The notes beneath the pieces are model-generated. The model made no database searches. It was given only the letters and a program-made list of their open reading frames with translations, and was not told the origin of the DNA. This document shows positions 22,507-36,607 of a DNA stretch of 53,913 bases, piece after piece (the first letter of the stretch is position 1; each line of letters begins with the position of its first letter). A program made the translations under genes and the position numbers. The stretch is from Piptocephalis cylindrospora (taxonomy: Eukaryota): the NCBI GenBank assembly GCA_003614145.1, contig KZ987729.1:1-53913 (forward strand). The letters run 5' to 3'.

Positions 22507-25500
22507 ATGGAGCCAGCGCTACAATGCAAGGTGATCTACCTAGAGCATCAGCAATCGGCAGCCACTCCTGTGGATACTGCTCTGATCCCAAACTCTCGGT
22601 TCCTTGCTCATCTGGCTTGCAGAGGTACCCGCCCTGCGGCTATTCAATTTCCCATCCTTCGTCTACTTGGACGCTCTGCCTCTGGTCGTAGTATATGCCT
22701 TCACATTCATCATGTACGTAGATCTTATTTGGATGGCCAAGTCCATTAATCGCACTAACCTCTGCCAATCATCCTTTGATAGATGTTTCCTTACTTTTAT
22801 ATTGAATGTCCAATCGAGCAAGGGGATGATGAGGCTACACGTGAGTTTCGCTTAATGTCGACCTTTACCATAAACATACACTGAATTAGCTACCGGAGTA
22901 GTGATGGATATGGCCTTGAAGATTGGTAATGAGTTAAATGATACCTTGAAGGGAACGGCCCTGGTCAATGTCTGGGAGGTCGATATTGTCTACCGGATTC
23001 CCTTTTATGGCTACCATGGCTTCCGCAGGCCATTTGTCAAAATTTCCCTAATTTCCCCTGGAGCTATTCGGGAGGCAGCACATCTCATGCGCTCCGGTCA
23101 AATCCTTGGTCGAGTATTCACTCCTTATGAGGCCCATATACCCTTTACATTGCAATTCATGGCGGATTACAATCTCTACTGCATGGATGATCTGATCGTC
23201 CGCCGATTGCGGTTTCGTGGAAATCCTTCTAAAGAAATACTTGGTATGCATGAATTTTGAAAATGGCAATCTTGTTTGAGACGCCTGGTACTCAACCCAA
23301 AAGACATACTGATCATTCTTCAATTGTTCGGAAATGTGTAGAGACTGATGTCAATGTTCCAGCTACGGATTGCTGGAAGCCTGAGGCACAAGTTTACCCA
23401 CTGAGTCACTGCAATATTGAAGGGGACATCCGGGTGAAAGGTAAAATTTACTGATAAACGCCACTATTCCTTATACGAAAGAATTACTCACTTGTTTCCC
23501 CATAAATCATGGCATGAGTAGACATTTTAAATAAAAGGCCCAAGATCGACTTTTCTAGCGAGTCCGAAATCGATTACGAAGAGGTACCATCTCTGGCTGT
23601 TCCCTCACTAAGGAATATTTGGGCAGAGGAGGGGATTTATCGTAGATCCCATGGACTTCTCTCCTCTACTCCTAATCTGCCTACTCAAGCTGCTCGTAGA
23701 TCTCTTTCGCAAAAGCAATGGGATGGAATATCTAAGGATTTGGATCTGCTTTCAAAGACCTTTTTCCTTCCCGAGGGGATGATGAGATCACTTGCCGCTT
23801 CGGAAGTTGGTGGAGCAATGGGGAAAGATGACGTGGATGAAAGGGTAATTATTCAAGGGCGCGAGGATGGCCATGAGTCAAAAATAGGTATATCTGGCTG
23901 TTTTCAAGAGGGTTCAACTCATGCGCTCACAGAGGTAAGGCCAACTACTCCTGGACCCTCAATGGAAATCTTTGAATGCGTCGAAATCCCATTTTGGCAA
24001 ATCCCATCCCCAGAAAAAGATGATTCTAATACTGGCGGGGAATGGGTAAAGACAACAGAGAGAGCGGCCCCTCTTGAAAAGAGCGATTCTCCTCTGAACC
24101 AAAGACGCAGAGTTTCGCAAAAAATGATCGAGGTGGTTGCGGGGATAGACTTACCCCTACCGCCGATTAATCGGCCAATTATTGGTAGGTTCCGATGAAA
24201 AGATGGCTTTTGGTTACGAGGGAGGCTTGGAGAGTTGGTTTCTAATTTTCCTATTCTAGATCGGACAGGGGGAGGACTTGAAAGAGCACGTTCTTCTGGT
24301 TCTCTATCAAGCATGATTGAGTAAGTGCGCAACGAGCTGCTTTTGCATGGTCGGAGGGCAGAGTAAGACCTTTGAATTCGACATCCTATTAATGCTAACC
24401 CACACCTATCTCTCAAATATCCCTCCTTTCAAGCTTTAATGAATCCACTCTATCTGGTCAAGGTCTTGATTCAAGAAAAAACACCTGGTTATCCGATGAG
24501 AGCGACTCTTCATTTTCCCTTCATCTCCCCATGTATACCCCATCCATTTCGGATTCATCATGTCTACTTTTTCAAGGCACTACAGCACTTTCACCATCTT
24601 CCAGGCCCTTTGTCAACCGGTCAGGTAGGCGATGGTGTATGAGTAATTTGGGGATTGGTAGAGGAGCAAGAACTATTCTTATTTCTCTTTATGTGCTAGA
24701 ACCCACTCCTCTTAGCCAAAGTTGGAGATTACGTTCAACACCCCCGACTGTACAGGAACTCTTACAGACACTTCCTAATCATCGTCTTCCAAAGCATGTA
24801 TATACTACTCCACGATGGGAATCTGCTATAGACGCCATTCCACGTACCATAAGTCAACGTGTATTACCTGGCAAAGCCGAGCCATTTATTTCCCCCTTGG
24901 GAAGGGGAACGCTGGAGATTAAGAAGGAAAATTCCACAAACAGCTGCATCTCCTTCAGATCTTGGAAGCCTGTAAAGTCTCCTCCCACTCAGAAAGACGC
25001 CGTGAACTGGCTGTCTCAAGAAATTACGAAGGTGGGAGGAGCAGTTGAGGATGACCCAAGAAAAGTCAAGGGGGGAATTCTGGGGAAAAGCGGAAGGGGG
25101 TCATTACAGAGAGCAGCATCTTCCGAGGCAGATTCATCAGCAATTCAGCCCCCTTTCTCCACTATCCCACAACCATTATCGGTTCTTTCCATGGAGCTCT
25201 TTGGTAAGCTCCTTTTCTAGATTCTGTATCATACCGGCGTCATGCTCATCCCTTTTTTTCAACATAACTAGCCTCTACAGTTGACCTTGGATTAGAAGAT
25301 CGTGCCCCAGAGCCAGCCACTCACTCGATCAAGTGTATATTTTATCGATTTGAACGGCTAGATGGAAAGGATTGGCCTGGAGGGCCAAGTGTCCTGGAAG
25401 AAGGCACAGTGTCCCAAAAGTCGCTGAAGCTGAGTAGGGGAGGAGTAGCTACTACTTTGGAAGGAGACGAGGAGGAGGAGATGATAATGCTTTTTACGCA

Positions 25501-28497
25501 AACCGTTCTCCGATTGGACCCAGATATTCTCATTGGATGGGAGGTAAATAAGTCTTCATGGGGGTTCCTTGTACAACGTGGCGAGTTACTCTACGGTTAG
25601 TATCCCTCAATGGGGATGAACAGTGGGAGTATAGGTCAATTGACTAATCTTTCTCTCACTTATTTCCTTAACCTATTAGGGCTGGATATGCAGAGCCTTC
25701 TCGGGAGATTTCACCTATCTACTTCGCATTTCGCCCATGGAGCTAGCCGACAACCGGAATCTGTGGAAGAGAGGTGGAGGGAGAGAAAATCGACGTTTGT
25801 TCGTATCCCTGGACGGTACATGTTTAATATGTGGCGGTTAATGAGGTCTGAAGTGGCCTTGAACCTGTATACCATGGAGAATGTGGTTTTTCATGTCTTA
25901 AAGAAAAGGTAATATCTAAATTAGGTCGATTTTTCATTTCTGATCGCATCCTAGCTCATTCCTTTTGAACTAGAATTCCAAGGTACTCGTCCATAGATTT
26001 GACCGATGCCTTCAACCCAGACATACCCTCGTGGATCAGCGTAGCCCACGCTTGCAAGTACATGCGACGACGATGTAGGCTGTCCCTGGAACTGGCCAGG
26101 GAATGTGGAGTCTTTGCGAGAGCCAGTGAGTTTGCTACCATTTACGGGATCGACCTTTTCTCTGTTCTCGTCCGGGGTTCGCAGTATCGAGTTGAATCAC
26201 TGCTTTTACGTGTGAGCAAACTCCAATCCTTTTTACTCCCCTCTCCTTCCACGAGTCAGGTACATATGGTGAAGTAAACATGTTTCTTAGATGCCCCTTC
26301 ATCTGTCCTCTCCTCTCTCTAGGTGGCCTCCCAAAAGGCAGTAGAAAGTATCCCTTTGATCCTGGAACCTCAGGCATCTTACTATGAAGACCCGGTTATC
26401 GTTTTGGACTTTCAATCTCTATATCCTTCTATCATGGTTGCATATAATCTTTGGTAGGTCTGCTTGCTCGTTTCCTCGGGTACTACGGAGTAATTTCTTG
26501 AAGGAGTTTCTTATTAAATTTCGTGTGCTACTTCTAACGGCTTATTCTATGCTGCACGACATAGCTATTCGACATGCCTTGGTAGGATCAATGCAGAGGG
26601 AGATCAGATGCTGGGGACCTTTTCCTACTCGATCCCACCCGAAAAGCTTCAGGGCCTATTAGATCAGGATCAAGTTATTGGTCAGTATTTTCTCATGAAT
26701 TTTTGGGAATAGTATTCACCCTGATGTCTGGGAATACTGATCGTGCGCGATTTCTCTAAAAGCAGTTGCCTCTAATGGGGTCATGTATGTCAAGCCTAAG
26801 GTGCGTGAAAGCTTGCTAGCTCAGATGCTCAGGGAGCTCCTTGAAACCAGGATAATGTTAAAGCAGGCCATGAGTCATTGTAAGGACGATGATGTAAGTT
26901 TTATACTGAGGGGAATATTAAATATTCCAAGTGCATCCTTGCTATCATGCTCATCCTTCATTCACCAATTTCCCTGGATGACTTGTAGAGACGATGGAGG
27001 CAGTTGGACATGCGACAGCTAGCCATTAAACTCTTGTGCAACGTGATGTACGGATATGTGGGGGCCAGCTTTTCAGGTAGGATGCCTTGTGGGGATATTG
27101 CCGATAGTATTGTGCAAAACGCGAGGGAGACTTTGCAGAACGCCATCCGTATGATTCAATCTCGAAAAGATTGGGGAGCCAGAGTAATCTATGGCGATAC
27201 GGATAGGTAAGTGGGTTGAGGGATATTTTTTTGGTTGTACAGGATTGATTCATTACTAGCTTGGGTTATTGACAATATTTCCTATTCCTCTCCTGTGGCA
27301 TTCAGTGTATTTGTATTGACCAAGGGAGTGGACCGAAAAAGGGCATTTGAAATTGGGGAAGAGATTGCCCTAGCCGTTACCCAGTCCAATCCAAGCCCTA
27401 TCAAGTTACAGATGGAAAAGGTATGATGATGAACCCATCCATCAGAGACGTGTTAGATCGTCGACTCATATTGTCTACCCACTAGATCTATCATCCCTGT
27501 ATCTTATTAGCCAAAAAAAGATATGTTGGATACAAGTACAGGGGTCCAAATGATTCTCATCCCATCCTGGACGCCAAGGGAATAGAGACGGTTAGAAGAG
27601 ACGGATGTGGGATGGTCCAACGGGTTCTCGGAGAGACTATTGAGTAAGTTGTGAAAAACAAAGAAATTGTCGTTGCTTATGCCCTTCTTACCTATACTAT
27701 TCCATGGGGGCATGTAGGGAACTCTTTGTAAGTAAAAACCTTACGATGGTCCGGAAAAAACTGGAAGAGGAATGGGGAGACCTCATGGCTGGAAAGATAA
27801 ATTTGACAGAGTGCTTGATTTCCACTGAGGTCAAGGCCGAAAAATATAAGTATGACGAATGGGGCCATCATTTTCTTCCAGGGTTTACTATCCCTTCTAT
27901 GCATTTCTTCAATCTGAAAATATCACACTATATTCTAGGGATGGAGGGGTGAATGTACCAGGGATGGCGGTGACGCTAAGGAAAGGGCCATCGACTTTGA
28001 TGCCAGAATACGGAGAGCGTGTGCCTTTTTTGGTGGCCTTTGGTCGAGGACAGGATGCTCGGTTGATCGATCAGGTGGTGTCCCCTGAGGAGTTTGTAGG
28101 GCGTCGCCTCAAGCTCAATTACCGCTATTATGTGGAGAAGCAGCTGATTCCGGTTCTGGATCGAGTCTTGAAACTTCTCGGCGTGGATGTCCGCACTTGG
28201 TGGCTGACATCCCCTAGAAACCTTCGAACCGTCGGACCGTTCGCCCTAGAACAAGATTCATCTGGGGTTAGTCATGGCACGACAACAGAGCAAAGGGAAG
28301 CTGGAGAGGAGGAGGGGAGTGAGGAGATGAACCAAATGGTCGCGGACATTTGGGCCTCTCGACAGGTGGGGAGACATCGTCAAATGGTCCAGCGAATCTG
28401 CACATCCTGCTCCAAACTCCCGGTTTCATTTCCAGTCCCATGTGAGGAGTTGGAGTGTCCTGTCTATTATCTCAAAGAGCATTCTTTAGATTGGTGA
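22507..28497 (+). CDS. REV3: DNA polymerase zeta catalytic subunit, multi-exon
   Basis: PILRLLG..CLHIH/FPYFYI, PFYGYH, YEAHIPFTLQFMADYNLY, RGSQYRVESLLLR, LDFQSLYPSIM, GRMPC, YGDTDS, and the C-terminal CTSC..C..ECPVYY. Confidence 0.95.
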
Positions 28498-28588
28498 AAT
28501 GATGAATATGCATTTTTTTTTGCTGATCAATAGATTGGCTGATGAGAAGGTATCGACTTTTCATGGGAGGGAAAATGGTGTATCGCGG

Positions 28589-29543
28589 TTAATTATCATC
28601 GGAAGCAGGGGTGGTAAGGCCCTTGTTTCCGGTCAGACCACCATTCCCAAGGCTCCCAGCCACACGGGAGGCCTCTTGAATGGTCCGAGCTAGGGTGCTC
28701 CGGATCTTTCCATCCTCCATGGTCAACAAACCTGCTATAGTACAGCCTGCGGGAGTGGTCACGGCGTCCTTGAGAGCAGCCGGATGGGCGCCTGTCTCCA
28801 GGACCATGCTTGACGCACCCTTTAGGGCCTGGGCGGCCACCTCCACGGCCACATCCCTCGGAAGACCCATCATAACGCCTCCATCCGCCAAAGCTTCCAT
28901 GATGACACAGGCAAAAGCAGGGCCGGAGCCCGAGAGGGCAGTGATGACATTGAGATGCCTATCCTCGAGGACACGACACCTCCCTAGGGTGGAGAAAATT
29001 TTGATAATTGGTGCGAGAGCCTCAGGAGGGAAGGTGTGAGGATGAGAGATAATGGTCATTCCGCACCGGATCTGACAGGGAGTATTTGGCATAGCACGAA
29101 TGCAATGGTTGGAACGAGGAACTGCTTCCTGAAGTTGCTCTATAGTAATTCCAGCGCAGATGGAGATGATGGTTTTACCGGTAAGAACTTGCTGCATCTT
29201 TGGGTCAGCGAGTAAATCCAAGGCTACCTGAGGCTTGCATCTACATGGAATGCAATTTTGAAGATGAAACGGAATCTCTTTGAATACTATCTGTCTTAGA
29301 ACCGACGTACCCCAATATGACTAAATCGGCCTTTTGCACCCCTGAAGCATTATCTTGAAGGATAACTTGAACGTTATCCTGGAAAGTATCCTGAAGTTTT
29401 TCAGCAGAGGAGACTTGCTTGACACAGGCGACCAAGGTCCCTGGAAGATCTGAGACTCCTTCTTCCCGGGCCTGAAGCAGGCCGGAGAGAATGGCTTTAC
29501 CCATAGTACCACAGCCCAACACACAAAGGGTATTTAACGACAT
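28589..29543 (-). CDS. PRO3: Pyrroline-5-carboxylate reductase (intron 29241-29310)
   Basis: GCGTMG Rossmann motif, CKPQ, RAMPNTP, SGSGPA, EALADGGV, VTTPAGCTIAGL. Confidence 0.95.
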
Positions 29544-30043
29544 GGTAATGGCAAGCAGATGAGGGAAAAAGGAACTTTGAGTACGCAGATAACGGGGATC
29601 AGAGGAGAGTGGAGCCGCCGAGGACGGGTAGAGGGATTGCTCATACTATCGTGCCGTCTTTTTATTTCCTTCAGAGATCTTTGTGAACTAGAGAACCCTT
29701 GTTAGCTGTCTTTCCCAGGATAGGTCACATGACAAGTTACCACTCCGACACGATCATCCATTCTTGGTGGTTTGTCACACTTGGGCAAAGCCGGGAAGGG
29801 AAAATCCGACAAAGCCGTGTTGTGCACTAAGATGGTGGTTGCTGTATATCTCGGAGTTTCCGACCCACATTAGCTTTTAGCCTGATTGCCGTTCTGTATG
29901 AAGCGACAACTTCTGATTATCCAGCACATCACACTCACTCATCTCTATTGCACGGTCCCTAATACCTCGTCCGCATCAAAAAAATCTAAGCCGTCATGCC
30001 AAACATCTGCATCCTCACCAAAACACGCACAATTCTCAGCACC

Positions 30044-33000
30044 TTAATCCTTACCATCACGCACATCCAGAGCCTCGAGGGTTTGGATCAATAACTTGAC
30101 CAAATGACCCTGGGTAAATAGGGACTTCTCACCCGAACCCGATTCCCCGGGCCCACACATCATATCAGCAAAGGTTTTCTCAAAGGCCCGGTCCATCTGC
30201 CATTTGACCTGGGCAGCCAGGGCCAAGAGGACGGAGGAACGAGAGACGAGGGCGGAAGGGGCAGGGATGTTGGGGGAGATACCCGAAATACGCAGCCATC
30301 CATCCATCAAGAGTTCGAGAGAGCCCTGGGGCGTCATCTCCTCCTCAACTACTCCGCCAAAGAGGAGAGTCGTGGCAGGAGAGACACGAGTGGTTTGACG
30401 AAGAATAGACATACCGCCACCACCGCCACCACCGGGAGCAGGGGCTGATTGCACAACCTCAGAGAAGACATACACACTCCCATTGGATCCGGAAACGTCA
30501 TTGTCCATGCTCCGGGAAGCGACTGCATCATCGGCCCGCTCAAGCTGACGGCGAGAGTTGACAGAGGAAGGATGGACCAGCGACCATCGGACATGCCGAG
30601 TCACACACCCAGCATCCTTCTTTCTTCGGCCATCCCCACGCTGAATTGCAACGTTGGGATAGACACCCGAGAGGATGAGAGATCGAAGGAGAGCCGGGGA
30701 ATGAGAATTGCTATTGAGCTCTGGGGGACCAAGGAAGAGACCCTTACGCCTGGACGTCCCAGGGGGAGGTGCGGGGAAGTGACGCATGGCCGCTTGCAAG
30801 ACACCAGCCCGACGAAGAACATCGAGAAGCTGGGTCTTGGTGCGGTCAATTGCCTGGAGAGATTGCCAACCCAAGGATTCCTCTTCGCAGAAGCGAATGA
30901 CCTCCCCTGGAGGGGGACGGCCTGGGGCGGAATTGGAGTGGAAACGACCAACCGATCCGTGAGCATGCATCATCTCCACCCAGGGCTCGTAAACCTGGGC
31001 AATGGCTAGAAGATCACTACGAGTCCCACGAGACCACCGAGACCTAGCTGCATCCCCTTCCTGTCTTTTCCATGCGGGGCCGGCAAAGGGATCCTTCCCA
31101 GCCATGGCTGCAGCCAGGGTCAGGGCCGGATCCAAGGCTCGCATCACTACTCCTTGCAAAACCATGCGACCGAGGGTGGGTTCAACGGGCAGGGTGGCCA
31201 GGACACGGCCCAAGGGCGTCAAGCGTTCCTCGCCATCTAGAGCCCGCAGAGCGCGAAGGTTGGCTAGGGCTGCGGCCACGGCCGAAGGATCCGGGGGCTC
31301 CAAGGCCTCGGCGAGAAGCTGAGCAGCGGAGCCACCAGGGAGCTCGAGAGCACGAATGTGAAGACAAATCTCCTGGAGATCACTCCGGACCATTTCGGGT
31401 GTACCGTACGGGTCCAATCGAGCATATCGACCCTGGCTCATGCATCCATAGTAATGTCCAGGTCGGACACGCCCGGCACGCCCAGCTCTCTGACGAGCAC
31501 TGGACTCGGAAACCCACGCAGTGACCAGATGGGTGATTCTGGTGGCCGGGTCATACCTCTTTTCCCTAATCTTCCCCGAATCCACCACCCAGACCACATC
31601 GTCGATGGTAATAGAAGTCTAGCAGAAAAGAAAAATAATTTTAGTTGACGAGTGGTCAATAATTTCCTTCTACCTCAATGACTTACCTCGGCAATGTTAG
31701 TGGCAAGAATAATCTTCCACTCACCGGCGGGGACGGGATCAAAGACGAGATGCTGGGTCTTGGAGGGAATGGAGGAATGAAGGAGGTGGATATGGTAAAT
31801 AGACTCATTGGACATGTCCAGCCCAAGGGGCCGATCCTGTTGAAGGATTCGCTGAACTCGGCTCATCTCCTCCCAACCAGGAAGGAAAACCAGGATGGCG
31901 CCTTGATCCGGTTCATCGTCCTTGGCATCAGGGGCGTTGGCGGGATCAGCGGCCGCTTCCGCCTTTTGCCGACGTCTCTCTTCCACTCCACGGATGATAT
32001 GAGCCACAGACATGGCAATTAGACTGTAGGGGACCTCGGCCTCCTCTCGCATCTCCTGGGGCGTCATTTTCATCCATTTGGCCACTCCGCCCTCTTGACG
32101 CTGCCCACCGGTCCGGCGAATGTCCTGGACGGGGCCACCAGCCTCGGAAGGACCGTCAGATCTATCACTGCGCGCATCTTCATCATCACTATCGGTGATC
32201 ATGATCACATCATCCTCAGCATCAGTGCCGCTGCGACGCATTCCATTAACCGGGGTAGAAACACGACTGACGCTGGCACTCCCGGCCGGAGACATAACTC
32301 GCAATTCGCGATCCACATACTTGGACGTGTCTTGGGCCCGGAGAAGACGATCGACGTCCCTGTGGCCCCAACGCTCGCGCATCTCCTCCACCACCTCTCC
32401 AAGCAAGTGGCGAGTGACGGGAAAAGTACGACCAGGGACACGGACAATGGGGGCAGGCTGGCCTCCGCAGACCCGAGAGAAATAGGAGGCAAAGAGCCCA
32501 GTTTCCACGGTGGCGGACATGAGAATGACCTTGACAGCGGGAAGGCCCGCCTCAACTCGGGAGGCCAGGAGACGACGGAGAACAACAAGAAGAAAGTCGA
32601 CACCCATGTCCCGCTCGTGCACCTCATCCACCACTACGTGACTCACACCCTCCAGACCCTCGGCTCCATGTAGACGACGGAGGAGCACACCTGTCGTGCA
32701 GTACTGCACGGTACCACCGCCAGGATGAGGGGGTCGGGCATCGAAACGCACCGTGTAACCCACCCCGGCAGTGGAACCAACACGCTCGCCCCGTTCTCGG
32801 GCCACGCGCTCGGCCACCGAGATAGCAGCAAGACGACGGGGCTGGGTACAAAGGATACGGCAGCTGGATCCACGACCCTGGTTGATGGCATCCTCCAGGA
32901 GGAGTTGAGGTACTTGGGTAGTCTTACCACATCCAGTCTGACCTACGAGGACAACGACAGGCGATTCGCGTACGGCCTTCATTAGTTCATCAGCATGTTG

Positions 33001-35148
33001 AACCATAGGGAGACGATGACGGGCCTCCATCATTTTCTGACCCGCTTGACTCTCCTTATACCGATCCCAGGAGGCCTTGAGGGCCTGATTTCTAGCAGGA
33101 TCCTCGGGGACAGGAGGAGCCCGTTGACGGGTATTCATGGCCCTGCCCGCCGCGCGACCAGCCCTGGCAGCCGGAGGAGCCCCAGGCTTTTGGTCCTCCT
33201 GGCCCGACCGAACCCACCGACGCCTACCCTCCCCACCATCCTCCTCACCCTCGACCCCTTCGGTCTTCTGCATCAGTTCACCATCCTCATCATCGGAGGA
33301 TTCGACAAGCGCGTACTCTTCATTCAAGTCTTCCTCGGCCAAATCTTCTCCGTACACATCGCGGAGACCCTGAAGGAGGGACCGAAGACGATCCTCAGCT
33401 ACCTGGGGATCCACGGCGCCTGGGCCTTCATCTAGTAAGCCAATGCGAGAAGTACGGTCCTTCTCCTTGCCTCCAGCCAGCTCTGAAGTTTTACCGGTTC
33501 TGCGAGCAATGTATCTATCCCAGAGGACGGCTTCCCGGTGACGGAGAAGTAGACCAGCACGAAGCCAGGCTTCATCAGTGGCCTCCTTCTGGTTAAGCTT
33601 ATCTTGAGCCAACCCACCTGGGTTGGCATCCACATCCACCCAGACACGGGCGTCAAAGACCGCAGTGGGCTTTCCTCGGGGGCGAGTGGGGGCCAGGAGC
33701 CGTCTGGTGACCTCAAGACGAGCCGAGGGGACGTTGGATCGATGGCGCTCATAATAGACCAGCCAATTCCTCGCCACCTCAAGAGTCCAGGCAGCGGACT
33801 TTTCCTGGGTCCACAGGACAGGACAGCCCACGCGATCTTCCGCCACCTTTTTGAAAGCCACAGCTGCCGCTTCTTCCGCGGCCTTTCGGTTCCTCCCACT
33901 GCCCTCAGCGGTAATAGTACCGCCCCCTAAAACATTAGGGGGAAGAGGAATAGTGTAGCGGACGTGATAGAGCTTACGGTTACCGGCTCCGGTAGTACCA
34001 GTGTATTCGGGTTGGATGTGATGGCCGAGGCTAGCGGCAAAATCCACAATCTGTTGTCGGGGCCCGACACCAGCAGGCTTCCCGGGGATCACTTCGCCAT
34101 TAGCCGTGACCTCGGCCGGGCCAGTACCTGATTCGAAGCCCCGGACCCTACCACGACCCCGACGAGTCAAAGATCGCTCCTCCAGTTTGCAGCAGGCATC
34201 AAAGGTGGCGGCACGCTCGGCATCCTTCTTCGACATGGCCTCACCCACACCCATTAACCCAGATTGAGGGTCCGCATCCACGGTAACCGTATGGACCGTC
34301 CCATCCTGAGGACCACGGCGACTATAAGTGAATTCGATGCGACGACCGTACGTATTGTTCAGATAAGTAGTGAGGAAGGACTTGGGCATGTTAGTCCACT
34401 GCTTCACCTGACTTCCTGGACGAGCGGTCAATTCAAGCATATTATGTTCTTGTGTGCACAGGAAAGTGATATCGCGGACAGGAGGGTCCAGGACAGGGGG
34501 AGGAGGAGCATTGCGAGCGGGACGGCCCTTGCGGCCCTTGCCTTGGTGCCCCGGATTAGCAAGGGATCGCTGGCGCTTGGCTTCCTTTTCCATCTCCTGG
34601 ATGGCCCAGGCGGGAAGGTAGGTGGAGGGAATATCAGGGTTGGGCGGGGCGTGGCTTGGGATGTCCTCAAGACGTACATCCCCGCTGGGCTTGCTGCCCC
34701 CAGCGCGTCCCTGGCTCCTTTCGGGTTTACTACGTTTGGAAGCGGGTTTGCCTCCGGAAAAGACCACCTCCCGATCTACGGCCTGGGAGGGGCGCCAATT
34801 GCTGCTACCGCCGGCCATGTCAGCAAAAGGATCCTCGGCAACATCGACCTTGCGATCAGCCCAGGGATCAGCCTGCCGTTGCTTTTGGGCCTGAGCAATG
34901 GCCTGGACCTCATTACGATCGACGGGAGGAGCCTCCTGCCAGCGGGTGCTCTGGGTAGCGGTGGGGCGCGAGTACGCGAGGGGCTGCCCGTAGGGCGGGG
35001 TGGAAGCCTGAGGAGGGACGGGGGCAGAGTGACTAGGGGGAGGGGTGGTCTGAGCAGGACGCCTCCAGGAGTTGGCGTCCAAATCACGACGGGGCAGGCC
35101 CGGGGGACGGGGTTCGTCCGGTCGTCGGAATGGCCTCATGAGTTTCAC
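30044..35148 (-). CDS. DEAH/RHA-family RNA helicase with N-terminal dsRBD-like domains (DHX30/DHX36/DHX57-like); intron 31619-31686
   Basis: GQTGCGKTT, TQPRR, DEVH, MSAT, FLPG, ATNIAE/TSITI, QRAGRAGR, HA2 (LTPLG) and OB (VHPSSVN) segments; dsRBD-type GEAMSKKDAERAA and GSGRNRKAAEEAAA. Confidence 0.92.
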
Positions 35149-36607
35149 GGATGAAGAGAACGGGGAAAAGAGGGCCCTCGAGGGCGAAAACGGGAAGGAG
35201 CGAAGAAGTATGGTTCCGGAGGAAAGGGAGGAGAGGAGAGGAAGGGAGCTTCTTTAACGAGGAAACGGGTGGGTAGGAGGGAGAAGGAGAAGCTGCAGGC
35301 GGGAAAGGGAAGGAGGGAGGGAAGGAAGGTAAACTAGAAGGGTGGTGGGCTTATCGCCTTAGGAAAACTAGGGGTGGTGGTTAAATGAGGGATGGGCTAG
35401 GGCGCTTGGCTAGGTGTGTCTGGGCTGAGCCAGGTGGGGGAGAGGGGGGCAGAACAAGGCAGATTGGCGGGCGGGATTGGGTGTGAGAGTAGGAGGGCGG
35501 GGGTTGGAAGGTAGAACCCTCAAGGATCTTCAGAGGCTTGGATGGTTGGATTGAGTGTTACTCTCCCTGGTCATACCCAAGTGAGAGTTGCACCTTCTCG
35601 GGCTGATGATTGGAAGGGGGGAGGGACAAGGCTACACACGCGCACACAGAGGGGGGAAGGGGAAGGAGAGGGACATACACACGTACACGGCCGCATCCAA
35701 CCCTAGATGAACACATAATTAGAGTGGTAATTGGAGTTTAGTAAGGCTGTCCTGGCAAGGGAACGCCGCACCATTTTCTAAAACGAACCGACAGGCAATA
35801 AGGGTAGGGGCATCCAAATACCACTCTACCTTTAACTCATTGAATTTCACCAAGTCGGGGGATTAAAGGAGAAAAGAATTTTCAGACGGCACAGGCTTGA
35901 ATAATGGGTCTAACTGAGCTTAGAAGGTCAGGGGCCAACGGTATCGGGTAGCTGGGGAAGAAGCGGAGAATAATGGTTAGCAACCCATTCTTAGAAACTG
36001 TATCGCAAGAACGAATTGTGATTTGGTATACAAAGTGAAAAATGAAAAAGGAACACTTTTTGTTCAGTAAAATAAAATGAAAACGCGCTTTTTTGGACGA
36101 TTTTTGGATGATCATGGCCGTCTAACATTCCATCGACGACGGTGATGTGTGGTTATTTTTGACAATGCATTACTCCTTTCATTTCAACATTTCATCGACG
36201 TTTGGATGGCTCTTACTTCCTTTCATTTCTCCGCATGCTCCCACTACAGGATGGATAGATAAAAAGGACATTCTTGGTTCCGAGGGACTCTACCAAGGCG
36301 CTTGAGATTGATTTTTAAATGCTATTGGCTGTTCCTGTAGACGTTATACTATTATGAAGCGGCGTAGGATTTGTATCTTCCCACCATCGGGATGGTTTGC
36401 ATGAGTTTTCCTCTCCCCGCTCAATACTATCTAACCCTCAGGATGAGGTAGGGCCAGTGGCGCTAAGTAGTGGCCGGCTTGAGCATCCATCCTAGACCGT
36501 CGGTCATGTTATTCTCCTGGGGCGCTATTCAAGTCACCATCAGGCTATGTACCAGAATAGGCAGATATTGGGTACATATGTATTCGTCATCGAGCAATTC
36601 AAGGATT

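Noticed and set aside
34264..35154. 296-aa plus-strand ORF and other long ORFs in 30.2-35.2 kb
   Set aside because: Antisense or alternative-frame ORFs expected in a GC-rich helicase gene.
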